The notes beneath the pieces are model-generated. The model was not told the origin of the DNA. It was given only the letters and a program-made list of their open reading frames with translations, and did no database searches. This document shows positions 9,616 to 18,201 of a stretch of DNA of 64,000 bases, piece after piece. Location of the stretch: NCBI RefSeq assembly GCF_004020545.1, contig NZ_SAQE01000006.1; one strand, given 5' to 3'. Each line of letters opens with the position of its first letter. Position 1 is the first letter of the stretch. The stretch comes from Mesorhizobium sp. GTDB taxonomy: Bacteria > Pseudomonadota > Alphaproteobacteria > Rhizobiales > Rhizobiaceae. Position numbers and translations under genes: made by a program.

Positions 9616-9939
9616 ATGAAAACGGCCAAATTCGCGATCGGACAAGTGGTTCGCCACAAGCTGTTTCCGTTCCGTGGCGTGATCTTCGACGTCGATCCGC
9701 AATTCGCCAACACGGAAGAATGGTATGATGCCATTCCATCGGAAATGCGTCCGCGCAAGGACCAGCCCTTCTACCACCTTCTCGCCGAGAATTCCGAGAC
9801 CGAGTACATCGCCTACGTGTCCGAGCAGAACCTGCTCGAGGACCGGTCGGGCGAGCCGGTCCGGCATCCGCGGATCGGCGAGATGTTCGACAAGCTGCCC
9901 GACGGGCGCTACGAGCCGAAACGCCACTCGAAGCACTGA
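9616..9939 (+). CDS. hspQ: Heat shock protein HspQ (YccV-like hemimethylated-DNA-binding domain)
   Basis: MKTAKFAIGQVVRHKLFPFRGVIFDVDPQF...PFYHLLAENSETEYIAYVSEQNL parallels E. coli HspQ (FGIGQQVRH...GVVVDIDP...WYHVV). The track ORF begins at GTG 9604; ATG 9616 is the more likely start. Confidence 0.8.
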   Translation: MKTAKFAIGQVVRHKLFPFRGVIFDVDPQFANTEEWYDAIPSEMRPRKDQPFYHLLAENSETEYIAYVSEQNLLEDRSGEPVRHPRIGEMFDKLPDGRYEPKRHSKH

Positions 9940-9963
9940 AAGCTCGACCGGTGGCAACAAAAA

Positions 9964-9989
9964 AGCGGGGCGTTTGCCCCGCTGTTTTG
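9964..9989. terminator. Bidirectional rho-independent terminator between convergent hspQ and ialB-like genes
   Basis: AGCGGGGC-gttt-GCCCCGCT stem, flanked by an A-run (acaaaaaa) on the left and a T-run (tgtttt) on the right. Confidence 0.8.
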
Positions 9990-10013
9990 CATGCTGGAGA
10001 AACGCTCCGGCGA

Positions 10014-10634
10014 TCAGTTGGCGGTCTTGGCCTTGTCCTGCTCTTCCTTGAGCTTCTTGGCGAAGTCCTGGTTGTTCTTGGCGACGAAGTCCTGCAGCTT
10101 CTTCTGGCGGTCCTCGATGTCCGACTGCTGCAGCGGCGGGCCGTCATAGGCGCCGCTGAAGCCGGTCAGCGCGACCTTGATCGGGTTCGGCTGGTTCTGG
10201 AAGTTGATCGAAGTGAGGCTGATCGCCTGGCCCTTCTTGAAAGAGGCGACAAGCTGGTCGGTCAGCGGCACTTCGGCGACGCAGCGGTCCGGGAAGCAGA
10301 TGACATAGTCGAGCTTCTGCGCCTTGCCGGCGTCGATCTGCAAGCCGATGCCCGGGGGAATAAGGCGCCCGGTCGGCACCGTGACCTGGAAGACCTTACG
10401 GTTCACCTTGCCCTTGAGCTCGATCAGGCTGATGCCGGTGACGAGCTGGCCATTGCCGGCGGTGACGATGTTCTGGACATTGCAGATGTCGACATCTTCC
10501 TGCTTGGTGCAGGCCTTGAACCAACCCTGCGGAATCTGCGGCTGCTGCTGCGCCGAAGCGGTGAAAAGCCCGGCGCCCAGGACGCCGACCACGCCTGCGG
10601 CCAGCACCGAAAGGCGATACGCATTGCTCGTCAT
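10014..10634 (-). CDS. Invasion-associated locus B (IalB) family periplasmic protein
   Basis: 206 aa from ATG 10634: MTSNAYRLSVLAAGVVGVLGAGLFTASAQQQPQIPQGWFKACTKQEDVDICNVQNIV... (signal peptide plus IalB-like core). The remaining 5' part of the 734-aa track ORF is antisense to the SBP gene. Confidence 0.8.
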   Translation of the reverse strand: MTSNAYRLSVLAAGVVGVLGAGLFTASAQQQPQIPQGWFKACTKQEDVDICNVQNIVTAGNGQLVTGISLIELKGKVNRKVFQVTVPTGRLIPPGIGLQIDAGKAQKLDYVICFPDRCVAEVPLTDQLVASFKKGQAISLTSINFQNQPNPIKVALTGFSGAYDGPPLQQSDIEDRQKKLQDFVAKNNQDFAKKLKEEQDKAKTAN

Positions 10635-10931
10635 ATGGTGCACTTTCCTCTCAAATGATCCCGGGGGACCGGCTTCTTCGTGCCGTGTGGTCCCGCTACC
10701 TGTTGCCCAAATGAGGCAACAGCATGACTTCGGAGCGCGTGTTACACTGCCAGCCGCGCCGAATCCAGCCCGGGTTCGGCGATTTCTTCCTGGCTTCTCC
10801 TCCCTGGACGAACCTCGATTGGCGATGCACTGGCTGAACCCGGTTTCCAATGGCGCGCGCCGATTCAATCGGGGGGCGAAATGCTCTAGGGTGCGTGTCG
10901 AATCACAAAGCTGTCCGGCAAGGAGACGGTC

Positions 10932-12752
10932 ATGGACCGCGTTCTCGTTCGGCTGATCGCCGCGACCTCGTTTCTGGCCCTCTCGCTCCTTCCGGCCCTG
11001 TCGGGACCGAAGCACGGCATCGCCATGCAGGGCGAGCCAGCGCTGCCTGCGGACTATCAGCATTTCGACTACGTCAATCCCGATGCGCCGAAGGGCGGCA
11101 GCGTCACCTATTGCGTCGTCGGCAGCTTCGACAATCTCAACCCCTTCATCCTGAAGAGCCTGCGCACCACCGCGCGCGGTATGATCGACACGGTCTACGG
11201 CAACCTCGTCTTCGAGCCGTTGATGCAGCGCAGCTACAACGAGCCTTTCAGTCTGTACGGCCTCCTCGCCGACAGCGTGGATATGGATCCGGATCGCAAG
11301 AGCATCGAGTTTCATCTCAACCCCGATGCCAAATGGTCCGACGGCCAGCCGGTGACGCCGGAAGACGTGCTGTTCACCTATGATGTCTTCACCGACAAGG
11401 GCCGCCCGCCCTACAGCGATCGCATGAGCATGATCGCCAAGCTGGAGAAGACTGGCGACCACAGCGTGAAATTCACCTTCAACGACAAGGCCAATCGCGA
11501 GTTTCCGCTGATCGTCGCGCTGACGCCGATCATCCCCAAACACGCCTTCGACAAGGACACTTTCGACAAGACCACGCTGAAGCCGCTGATCGGCAGCGGG
11601 CCCTACACTGTGGACAAGGTGCAGCCCGGCCAGCGCATCGTCTTCAAGCGCAATCCCAATTACTGGGGCAAGGACATCCCGTCGAAGCGCGGCTTCGACA
11701 ATTTCGACCAGATCACGATCGAATATTTCCTCAACGCCAATGCCAAGACGGAAGCGTTCAAGAAAGGCATCTGCGCTCTCGATGACGAGACCGATCCGGT
11801 CAAGCGCGAGCGTGACGTCGACTTCCCGGCTTTTCGCAAGGGTGACGTGAAGCAGGAATATTTCGACACCGGCATACCTCCCGTGGTGACGGGTTTCCTC
11901 TTCAACACCCGGCTGCCGAAGTTTTCCAACCCCGTCGTGCGGCGCGCGCTCGGCATGCTCTACGACTTCGAATGGGCGAACAAGAATCTGTTCGCCGGCA
12001 AGTTCAACCGCACCATGAGCTTCTGGCAGAACTCCGATCTGTCCGCGCTCGGCCATCCGGCCGACGACCGCGAGAAGGCGTTGCTCGCTCCCTACCCCGG
12101 CCAGGTTCCGGCCGACGTCATGGACGGCACCTGGCGGCCGCCGGTGACCGACGGCTCCGGCCAGGATCGCAAGGTGCTGCGGGCGGCCTTCGAGATGCTG
12201 AAGGGCGCCGGCTATCACGTAGAGGATGGCCGGATGCTCGATCCTCAGGGCAATCCCTTCGGCTTCGAAATCATGACGTCGTCGCAGGATGAGGAGCGGC
12301 TTGCAGCCCTCTATCAGCGCACGCTGGAGAAGATCGGCATCGTCGTCACCATTCGCAGCCTCGACGGCGACCAGATCCAGTCACGCAAACAGCGTTTCGA
12401 CTTCGAGGTGCTCGTCGGCTCGAGCGGCTTCAACAATTCGCTGTCGCCCGGTAGCGAGCAGGTCGGGCGCTGGGGATCGGTCGCCGCCAGGCAGGAGGGG
12501 TCGTTCAATCTCGCCGGCGTCGCCGATCCCGCCATAGACGCGGCGATCAACGCGATGCTGAATGCGCGCACCAAGGAAGACTATGTCGCCGCGGTCCGCG
12601 TGCTCGACCGGTTGCTGATCTCAGGCAACTACATGGTTCCCATGCAATACAACACGCAGCAGTGGGTCGCTTACTGGACCTATCTGGAACATCCGCGAAA
12701 GACTCCCATATTCGGCTATCAGCTGCCGACCTGGTGGCGAAAGCCCAACTGA
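10932..12752 (+). CDS. Family-5 extracellular solute-binding protein (YejA/peptide-type ABC substrate-binding protein), without adjacent permease/ATPase genes
   Basis: 606 aa, with SD AGGAGA before ATG 10932 and the signal peptide MDRVLVRLIAATSFLALSLLPALSG. Length and composition are typical of cluster-C peptide/oligosaccharide SBPs. Confidence 0.82.
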   Translation: MDRVLVRLIAATSFLALSLLPALSGPKHGIAMQGEPALPADYQHFDYVNPDAPKGGSVTYCVVGSFDNLNPFILKSLRTTARGMIDTVYGNLVFEPLMQRSYNEPFSLYGLLADSVDMDPDRKSIEFHLNPDAKWSDGQPVTPEDVLFTYDVFTDKGRPPYSDRMSMIAKLEKTGDHSVKFTFNDKANREFPLIVALTPIIPKHAFDKDTFDKTTLKPLIGSGPYTVDKVQPGQRIVFKRNPNYWGKDIPSKRGFDNFDQITIEYFLNANAKTEAFKKGICALDDETDPVKRERDVDFPAFRKGDVKQEYFDTGIPPVVTGFLFNTRLPKFSNPVVRRALGMLYDFEWANKNLFAGKFNRTMSFWQNSDLSALGHPADDREKALLAPYPGQVPADVMDGTWRPPVTDGSGQDRKVLRAAFEMLKGAGYHVEDGRMLDPQGNPFGFEIMTSSQDEERLAALYQRTLEKIGIVVTIRSLDGDQIQSRKQRFDFEVLVGSSGFNNSLSPGSEQVGRWGSVAARQEGSFNLAGVADPAIDAAINAMLNARTKEDYVAAVRVLDRLLISGNYMVPMQYNTQQWVAYWTYLEHPRKTPIFGYQLPTWWRKPN

Positions 12753-12787
12753 CGCAATCCCCGACCGACGCAAACAGGGAGACGAGC

Positions 12788-13468
12788 ATGAGCGCCGAGA
12801 ACTCGATCACCGTCGACGTGGTGTCCGATGTCGTCTGCCCGTGGTGCTTCATCGGCCAGAAACGGCTGGACAAGGCGATCGCCGCCGTCGGCGATGTCGG
12901 CGTGCATGTTCGCTGGCGGCCGTTCCAGCTCGATCCGACCGTACCGCAAGGTGGCATGGATCGCCGCCAATACATGCTGGGCAAATTCGGCAGCGAGGAG
13001 CGTATCCGCCAGATCCATGCGCGCATCGAACCGCTCGGCGAGGCGGAAGGCATCCACTTCGCTTTCGGCGCCATCAAGGTCGCGCCCAACACACTGGACG
13101 CTCACCGCGTCATCCGCTGGGCGGGCGCCGCCGGTGAAGACGTGCAGAACCGGCTGGTACGCCGCCTCTTCCAACTGAATTTCGAGGAAGGCGCCAATCT
13201 CGGCGACCATGCGGTGCTGGTCGAAGCCGGCCGTGAGGCCGGCATGGACGCTTCGGTCGTTGAGACGCTGCTGCCGACGGATGCCGATGTCGATGCCGTG
13301 CGCAACGAGATCGCCACCGCGTCACGCATGGGCATCACCGGCGTTCCCTGCTTCCTGCTCGAAGGCAAATATGCCGTGATGGGCGCGCAGGATGCCGACA
13401 CGCTTGCCGACGCCATCCGCCAGGTCGCCCAGGCCAAGGCGCGGGGCGAACTGGAAACCGCGATCTAG
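12788..13468 (+). CDS. DsbA-family oxidoreductase (FrnE / 2-hydroxychromene-2-carboxylate isomerase-like)
   Basis: 226 aa from ATG 12788: MSAENSITVDVVSDVVCPWCFIGQKRLDKAI... (CPWC thioredoxin-fold motif at the N-terminus). Confidence 0.82.
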   Translation: MSAENSITVDVVSDVVCPWCFIGQKRLDKAIAAVGDVGVHVRWRPFQLDPTVPQGGMDRRQYMLGKFGSEERIRQIHARIEPLGEAEGIHFAFGAIKVAPNTLDAHRVIRWAGAAGEDVQNRLVRRLFQLNFEEGANLGDHAVLVEAGREAGMDASVVETLLPTDADVDAVRNEIATASRMGITGVPCFLLEGKYAVMGAQDADTLADAIRQVAQAKARGELETAI

Positions 13469-13564
13469 AGCAACTCCAGGAAAAGAGCGCAGCGGTTTTC
13501 CGTTAATGGCAAATGCCCAGAGCGGATCGGCGTCCTATCAAAAGCTGAACCGCTCCAGGCCAGC

Positions 13565-13999
13565 CTATTTCACTGTCACCTTCGCCTTGCTGACGAAGAA
13601 GCCGTGGCCGCCGCTGCTCGCGCAGGTTAATCCCTTCGTCGATGACAGACACGTGAATGATCCCCTGCTCCAGCTGTTGCCATAGCCAAGCCTGGTCACG
13701 TCGCCGCAACAGCCCTGTTCGCCGGGGTTCTTGATCAAAGTCGCCGGCCCCTTCGGCCCCAATATGACCGTTACATAGCTCGGCTCGACGCGCGAACAGG
13801 ACAGCTCCGGTCCGCCACCCTGGGGCTGGTAGGTTCTGGTGCCGCCTTTCGGCGTGTAGATGCAGCCGATATTGCCGGACGGCGTGTTGAATTCGATCTG
13901 GCCTTCGGCGTTAGCCGGGATCGTCTGGTTGCCGGCATGTGCCTGCGGCAGCCAAGCGAAGGCCGCGAGTATTGCGGCCGAAATTATCCGTACAGACAT
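13565..13999 (-). CDS. Hypothetical secreted Cys-containing protein
   Basis: 144 aa from ATG 13999 with signal peptide MSVRIISAAILAAFAWLPQAHAGN. Coding-like composition. I recognise no family with confidence. Confidence 0.55.
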   Translation of the reverse strand: MSVRIISAAILAAFAWLPQAHAGNQTIPANAEGQIEFNTPSGNIGCIYTPKGGTRTYQPQGGGPELSCSRVEPSYVTVILGPKGPATLIKNPGEQGCCGDVTRLGYGNSWSRGSFTCLSSTKGLTCASSGGHGFFVSKAKVTVK

Positions 14000-14603
14000 T
14001 GCCGGTCCCCCTCGATGCGAAGCAATCGCCGGACAGATTCGACCGCTGAGGGGCAAAATTGTCAACGCTCACTGATCGCCCCAGCCCGGCATGTCCGCTT
14101 CAGCTGTGGCGCGGCGCCAACAATACGAGTCCGCCACCAAGTTCATTTCCGGATATTTCGCGAGGCCTGGAAAGAGCGATTCAGGCGAGCCGGAAGGGAC
14201 GGACAGCACCCGTTTTTGCGGCCTTGCGGCCATCGCTCAGTCGCGAACCCAGCCGGCCGGCATGCCATTTCCGTTCACAAAACCGTGTTTTTGCTTTCCC
14301 TAAGGTAAAGTCGGCATGATCTCGGACCCCTGCCCCCAACGCGCTGAAATGAAACATAAAATCCGCGTCGGAAGCGCCTGACCGGCGAGGCTCCTCTGTT
14401 GCCCTCGCGCCACGGCGGGTAACCCTGTTCACATTCGGGGGGCAGAAAATTAATGGAAAATGATCAATTGGTGTTACTGTGTGTAACAAAACAAGAAAGG
14501 TTTGGGCGGGATCGTGATTCGGGTCGGCAGACCGCGACGTACAATACCGGCAGAACTACCCAGCGAGGCGGCAAAGCCCTCGCGCCTGACGCCGGTATCG
14601 TCG

Positions 14604-16496
14604 ATGCGTACCTTCTGGGGGCTGATGCGAGCCTACTGGTTCTCCGACCGGTGGAAGGAAGCCTGGACCCTCACCCTCGTCATTGCGCTGCTCACCGCGC
14701 TCTCAAGCAAGGCAGGCGTGTGGTTCGCCATGGCATCCGGCGAGCTGGTGAATTCGATCGCTTTCTTTCACGACGCCGCCAACACCTACCCGCTGCAGAC
14801 GCTTCTGACCAATGCGGGCATATTGATGCTCCTGGTCGTGCTCAAGGATGCCGGCTTCACCGGCGTGCGTAACCTCGTCTCCGCCACCTTGCATCGCAAA
14901 TGGCGCGGCTGGCTGAACAACGAGTTTAATCAGGCCCTGCTTGACGGCAATCATACCCATTTCCACGCTCAGCATGGCTCGGTGGCCGGCGGCATCGTCG
15001 CACCAGACAACATCGACCAGCGCATCCAGGAATCGATCAAGGATATGACCGGCGGCGCGATCGGCCTCGCCATGGGCGTGCTGGGTGTCGCCACCTCGCT
15101 CTATTTCGTTGGCGAGAATCTGATCGGATCCTCCGTGGAGGTCAAAGGGTTGGAGTTCCTCGGCAGCTATGGCAGCGCCGTGCTCGCCTTCCTTGCCGTC
15201 GCGACCTACGTGCCGCTCAATACCTGGATTGCGGTGAAGCTCGGCGGCCTGCTTGAACGTCTCAACATACGTATGCAGCAGGCCGAAGGCAGCTATCGCG
15301 GCGAACTGATAACGTTCCTGCGCCGCAGCTTCCATGTCGCCGCCTCGCACGGCGAGGATGTGCAGAAGACGATGCACGACAGGCTCTACGTCGATATCGA
15401 CAAGACCTGGGGGCGGCTGAATATCGTCAACACCAGCTATATGTCATTCGAGCTGATCTACAATTTCATCGGCGCCCGCATCGTTTCCTACGGACCCGGT
15501 CTCGTGCCGTTCATTCACAACGGCTTCGACCTCAAGGGCTACATAACCGGCTCCGAAATGGTCGCCCAGCTGATCAGCCAATGTTCGTGGTTCATCCACG
15601 TGATGCCGGCGATCGCGACGCTCAGGGCCAACAGCCAGCGCGTGACCGAACTCGCCAGCGCCATCGAGAATGTCCAGCAGCCGCAGGAATTCTATCGCCA
15701 GACCGGCCGTTCCGACTTCAGCTTCGGCAGGCAGAACCCTGTGTTCGGCCTGACCATCCAGAAACTCGAACTGGCGCATCAGGGCGAGGACGCGACGCCC
15801 TTCCTCAGCGCCGCCAACCTGCGCTTCCGCCGCGGCGAGTGGACATTCCTCAAGGGCGAGTCCGGTTGCGGCAAGACCTCGCTGATCAAGGCGATCAACG
15901 GCCTGTGGCCCTATGGCCGCGGCACCATCGTATTTCCCGAAGGTGTGACGAACTTCTACGCCGCTCAGGAGGTCAAGCTGCAGCAGGTCTCGCTGAAGCA
16001 ACTGGTCTGCCTGCCGGGTTCGGAAAACGATCACGGCGACATGCAGGTGGCGGCGGCGCTGCACAAGGCGGGCCTCGGCGAATTCATCGAGCACCTGGCC
16101 GATGACAGCCGCGAGGGCAAGATATGGGACCAGGTTCTGTCGGGCGGCCAGAAGCAGAAGCTGGTGGTCGCCCGCATCATCCTGCAGCAGCCGGGGCTGC
16201 TGTTCCTCGATGAGGCGACCGGCGCGCTCGACCCCGAGGGCAAGATCGCCTTCCACGAGGCCATCAAGGCCAATTGCCCCGATGTCACGGTGATCAGCGT
16301 GATGCACGAGGCCGTGCCGCCGCGGTCGCTGTCGGGGGAGGAATTCTATCACAGCATCGTCGCGATCGCCGACGGCGTCGCGACCAAGAAGCCGCTGGCT
16401 CCCACCCTGCCGCGCGAGCTCACGACCATCCTCGCGCAACCTCGGCCAGCCGAAGACAAATGGCTGCGATTCTCGCGGCGGCTCAAGCAGAAATAG
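14604..16496 (+). CDS. Fused permease/ATPase ABC transporter of the SbmA-BacA / ABCD (ABC_membrane_2) type
   Basis: The TMD has DNIDQRIQESIKDMT (an NPDQRI-like motif). The C-terminal NBD has Walker A GESGCGKTS, signature LSGGQKQKL and Walker B LLFLDEA. ATG 14604 (MRTFWGLMRAYWFSDRWKEAW) is preferred over the track start 14502. Confidence 0.8.
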   Translation: MRTFWGLMRAYWFSDRWKEAWTLTLVIALLTALSSKAGVWFAMASGELVNSIAFFHDAANTYPLQTLLTNAGILMLLVVLKDAGFTGVRNLVSATLHRKWRGWLNNEFNQALLDGNHTHFHAQHGSVAGGIVAPDNIDQRIQESIKDMTGGAIGLAMGVLGVATSLYFVGENLIGSSVEVKGLEFLGSYGSAVLAFLAVATYVPLNTWIAVKLGGLLERLNIRMQQAEGSYRGELITFLRRSFHVAASHGEDVQKTMHDRLYVDIDKTWGRLNIVNTSYMSFELIYNFIGARIVSYGPGLVPFIHNGFDLKGYITGSEMVAQLISQCSWFIHVMPAIATLRANSQRVTELASAIENVQQPQEFYRQTGRSDFSFGRQNPVFGLTIQKLELAHQGEDATPFLSAANLRFRRGEWTFLKGESGCGKTSLIKAINGLWPYGRGTIVFPEGVTNFYAAQEVKLQQVSLKQLVCLPGSENDHGDMQVAAALHKAGLGEFIEHLADDSREGKIWDQVLSGGQKQKLVVARIILQQPGLLFLDEATGALDPEGKIAFHEAIKANCPDVTVISVMHEAVPPRSLSGEEFYHSIVAIADGVATKKPLAPTLPRELTTILAQPRPAEDKWLRFSRRLKQK

Positions 16497-16769
16497 CAAC
16501 CAGTCCAAGCCCTTGACCGGTCGCCTTCGAGCGGCGCCGGCTGCCGTCGATCACAGTCTCGCGATCCGACGTCCCTTCATCCACTTTCAGCGCTCCCCAC
16601 GATTGACTCGGCAAAACGCACTCCTATGTTGCGCCCGCTCGCTGCATTCCAACCCCGCGAGCAGAAAGGTCAACCGCCATGCCTGGCGACAGTCACAGTC
16701 GAACGCAACCGCCGTCCGCCTTGACGTGACCTGAAGGCTCACGTCCTGCCGGACGGCAAGGAGTGAGCC

Positions 16770-18134
16770 ATGAACGAATTCGCACCCGTATTGGACGACG
16801 AAGCGGTCGCCGTCGCCCGTGTTCTTGCCAACGATCACGTCGCCGACGTCGTCGAAGCCCTCAATCACGAGCCCCGTGAGACGGCCATCGAGCTGCTCTG
16901 CGCGGTGCCGTTTGAGCAGCTGGTCGAAATCTTCGACCAGCCGGAACTCGAAAGCGCCCCGGAGCTCGCCGAGGCCTTGCCGCGCGCCAAGGCGAGCAAG
17001 CTTTTGACCGCCATGTCAGTCGACCGCGCGGCCGACATCCTGCGCGAGCTGGATGAGCCGGCCCGCTCAGAGCTGCTTGGCGCGCTTGCCCCGCCGCTGC
17101 GCGCAACGCTGCTTTCGATTCTGGGCTATCCCGAAGGCAGCGCCGCCTCGATCATGACGACCGAGTTCGTCAGCGTGCCCTCGGACTGGACCGTCGGTCG
17201 CACGCTCGACTACATCCGCAAGGTCGAGCGGACGCGCGAGACGGTCTACGCGATCTACATCGTCGATCCGGAAACGCAGCTTCTGCTGCGTTCGACTGGG
17301 CTGCGCCGCCTGATCACCGGCGAGCCTGAGGATTCGATCCTGTCGGTGGCGCCGGATCGCGTGCCGGTGACGGTCACGCCGCTCACCGATCGCGAAACGC
17401 TCGCCCAGACGATCTCCAAATACGACCTGCTTGCTCTGCCGGTGGTCGATCACGGCAAGCTTCTTGGCATCGTCACCATCGACGACATCATCGACACGAT
17501 GGTCGAGGAGACGACGGAGGACGTGCATCGTTTCGGCGGCATGGAGGCGCTGGACGAGCCCTACATGAAGATGAGCTTCCTCGCCATGATCCAGAAGCGC
17601 GCCGGGTGGCTTTGCGCGCTGTTCCTCAGCGAGATGCTGACGGCCAACGCCATGCAGAGCTACGAGGGGGAGTTGGAGAAGGCGATCGTGCTGACGCTCT
17701 TCATCCCGCTGATCATGAGCTCCGGTGGCAATTCCGGCTCGCAGGCGACCTCGCTGGTCATCCGCGCGCTGGCACTGCGCGAGATCGGCCTTGCTGACTG
17801 GTGGCGGGTAGCGCTGCGTGAGCTGCCGACTGGACTGGTGCTCGGCTTGATCCTCGGCATCGTCGGTGTCTGCCGCATCACGCTCTGGCAATATCTCGGC
17901 CTCTACGACTACGGCCCGCACTGGATGCTGATCGCGGCAACTGTCGGAGCGGCGCTGATCGGCATCGTCACCTTTGGCTCGCTCTCGGGATCGATGCTGC
18001 CCTTCGCGCTGAAGCGCGTCGGCTTCGATCCGGCAAGCGCCTCGGCGCCATTCGTCGCCACGCTGGTCGATGTCACCGGGCTGGTGATCTACTTTTCGGT
18101 GGCGCTCGTGATCCTGCGCGGCACACTGCTTTGA
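16770..18134 (+). CDS. mgtE: Magnesium transporter MgtE
   Basis: 454 aa with SD AAGGAG before the ATG. It has N-domain and CBS-pair regions followed by a C-terminal TM domain containing LFIPLIMSSGGNSGSQA, typical of MgtE. Confidence 0.9.
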   Translation: MNEFAPVLDDEAVAVARVLANDHVADVVEALNHEPRETAIELLCAVPFEQLVEIFDQPELESAPELAEALPRAKASKLLTAMSVDRAADILRELDEPARSELLGALAPPLRATLLSILGYPEGSAASIMTTEFVSVPSDWTVGRTLDYIRKVERTRETVYAIYIVDPETQLLLRSTGLRRLITGEPEDSILSVAPDRVPVTVTPLTDRETLAQTISKYDLLALPVVDHGKLLGIVTIDDIIDTMVEETTEDVHRFGGMEALDEPYMKMSFLAMIQKRAGWLCALFLSEMLTANAMQSYEGELEKAIVLTLFIPLIMSSGGNSGSQATSLVIRALALREIGLADWWRVALRELPTGLVLGLILGIVGVCRITLWQYLGLYDYGPHWMLIAATVGAALIGIVTFGSLSGSMLPFALKRVGFDPASASAPFVATLVDVTGLVIYFSVALVILRGTLL

Positions 18135-18146
18135 ACTTGAGACTTT

Positions 18147-18172
18147 CCGCCGCCGGCATTTGCCGGCGGCGG
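18147..18172. terminator. GC-rich hairpin between convergent mgtE and gor (no clear U-tract)
   Basis: CCGCCGCCGGC-attt-GCCGGCGGCGG, an 11-bp perfect stem. Confidence 0.5.
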
Positions 18173-18201
18173 ATTCCATCATGGTTGCCCGGGACCGAAC
18201 C

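Noticed and set aside
10635-12218. 5' two-thirds of the 734-aa minus-strand ORF 10014..12218
   Set aside because: Only the last 206 codons (from ATG 10634) encode the IalB-like protein with a signal peptide. The remainder is antisense to the well-supported family-5 SBP gene.
16497-16711. M-box (ykoK) Mg2+ riboswitch upstream of mgtE
   Set aside because: I could not recognise M-box conserved segments by eye, and this riboswitch class is not expected in alphaproteobacteria. Only the RBS-proximal hairpin is reported, as a low-interest finding.
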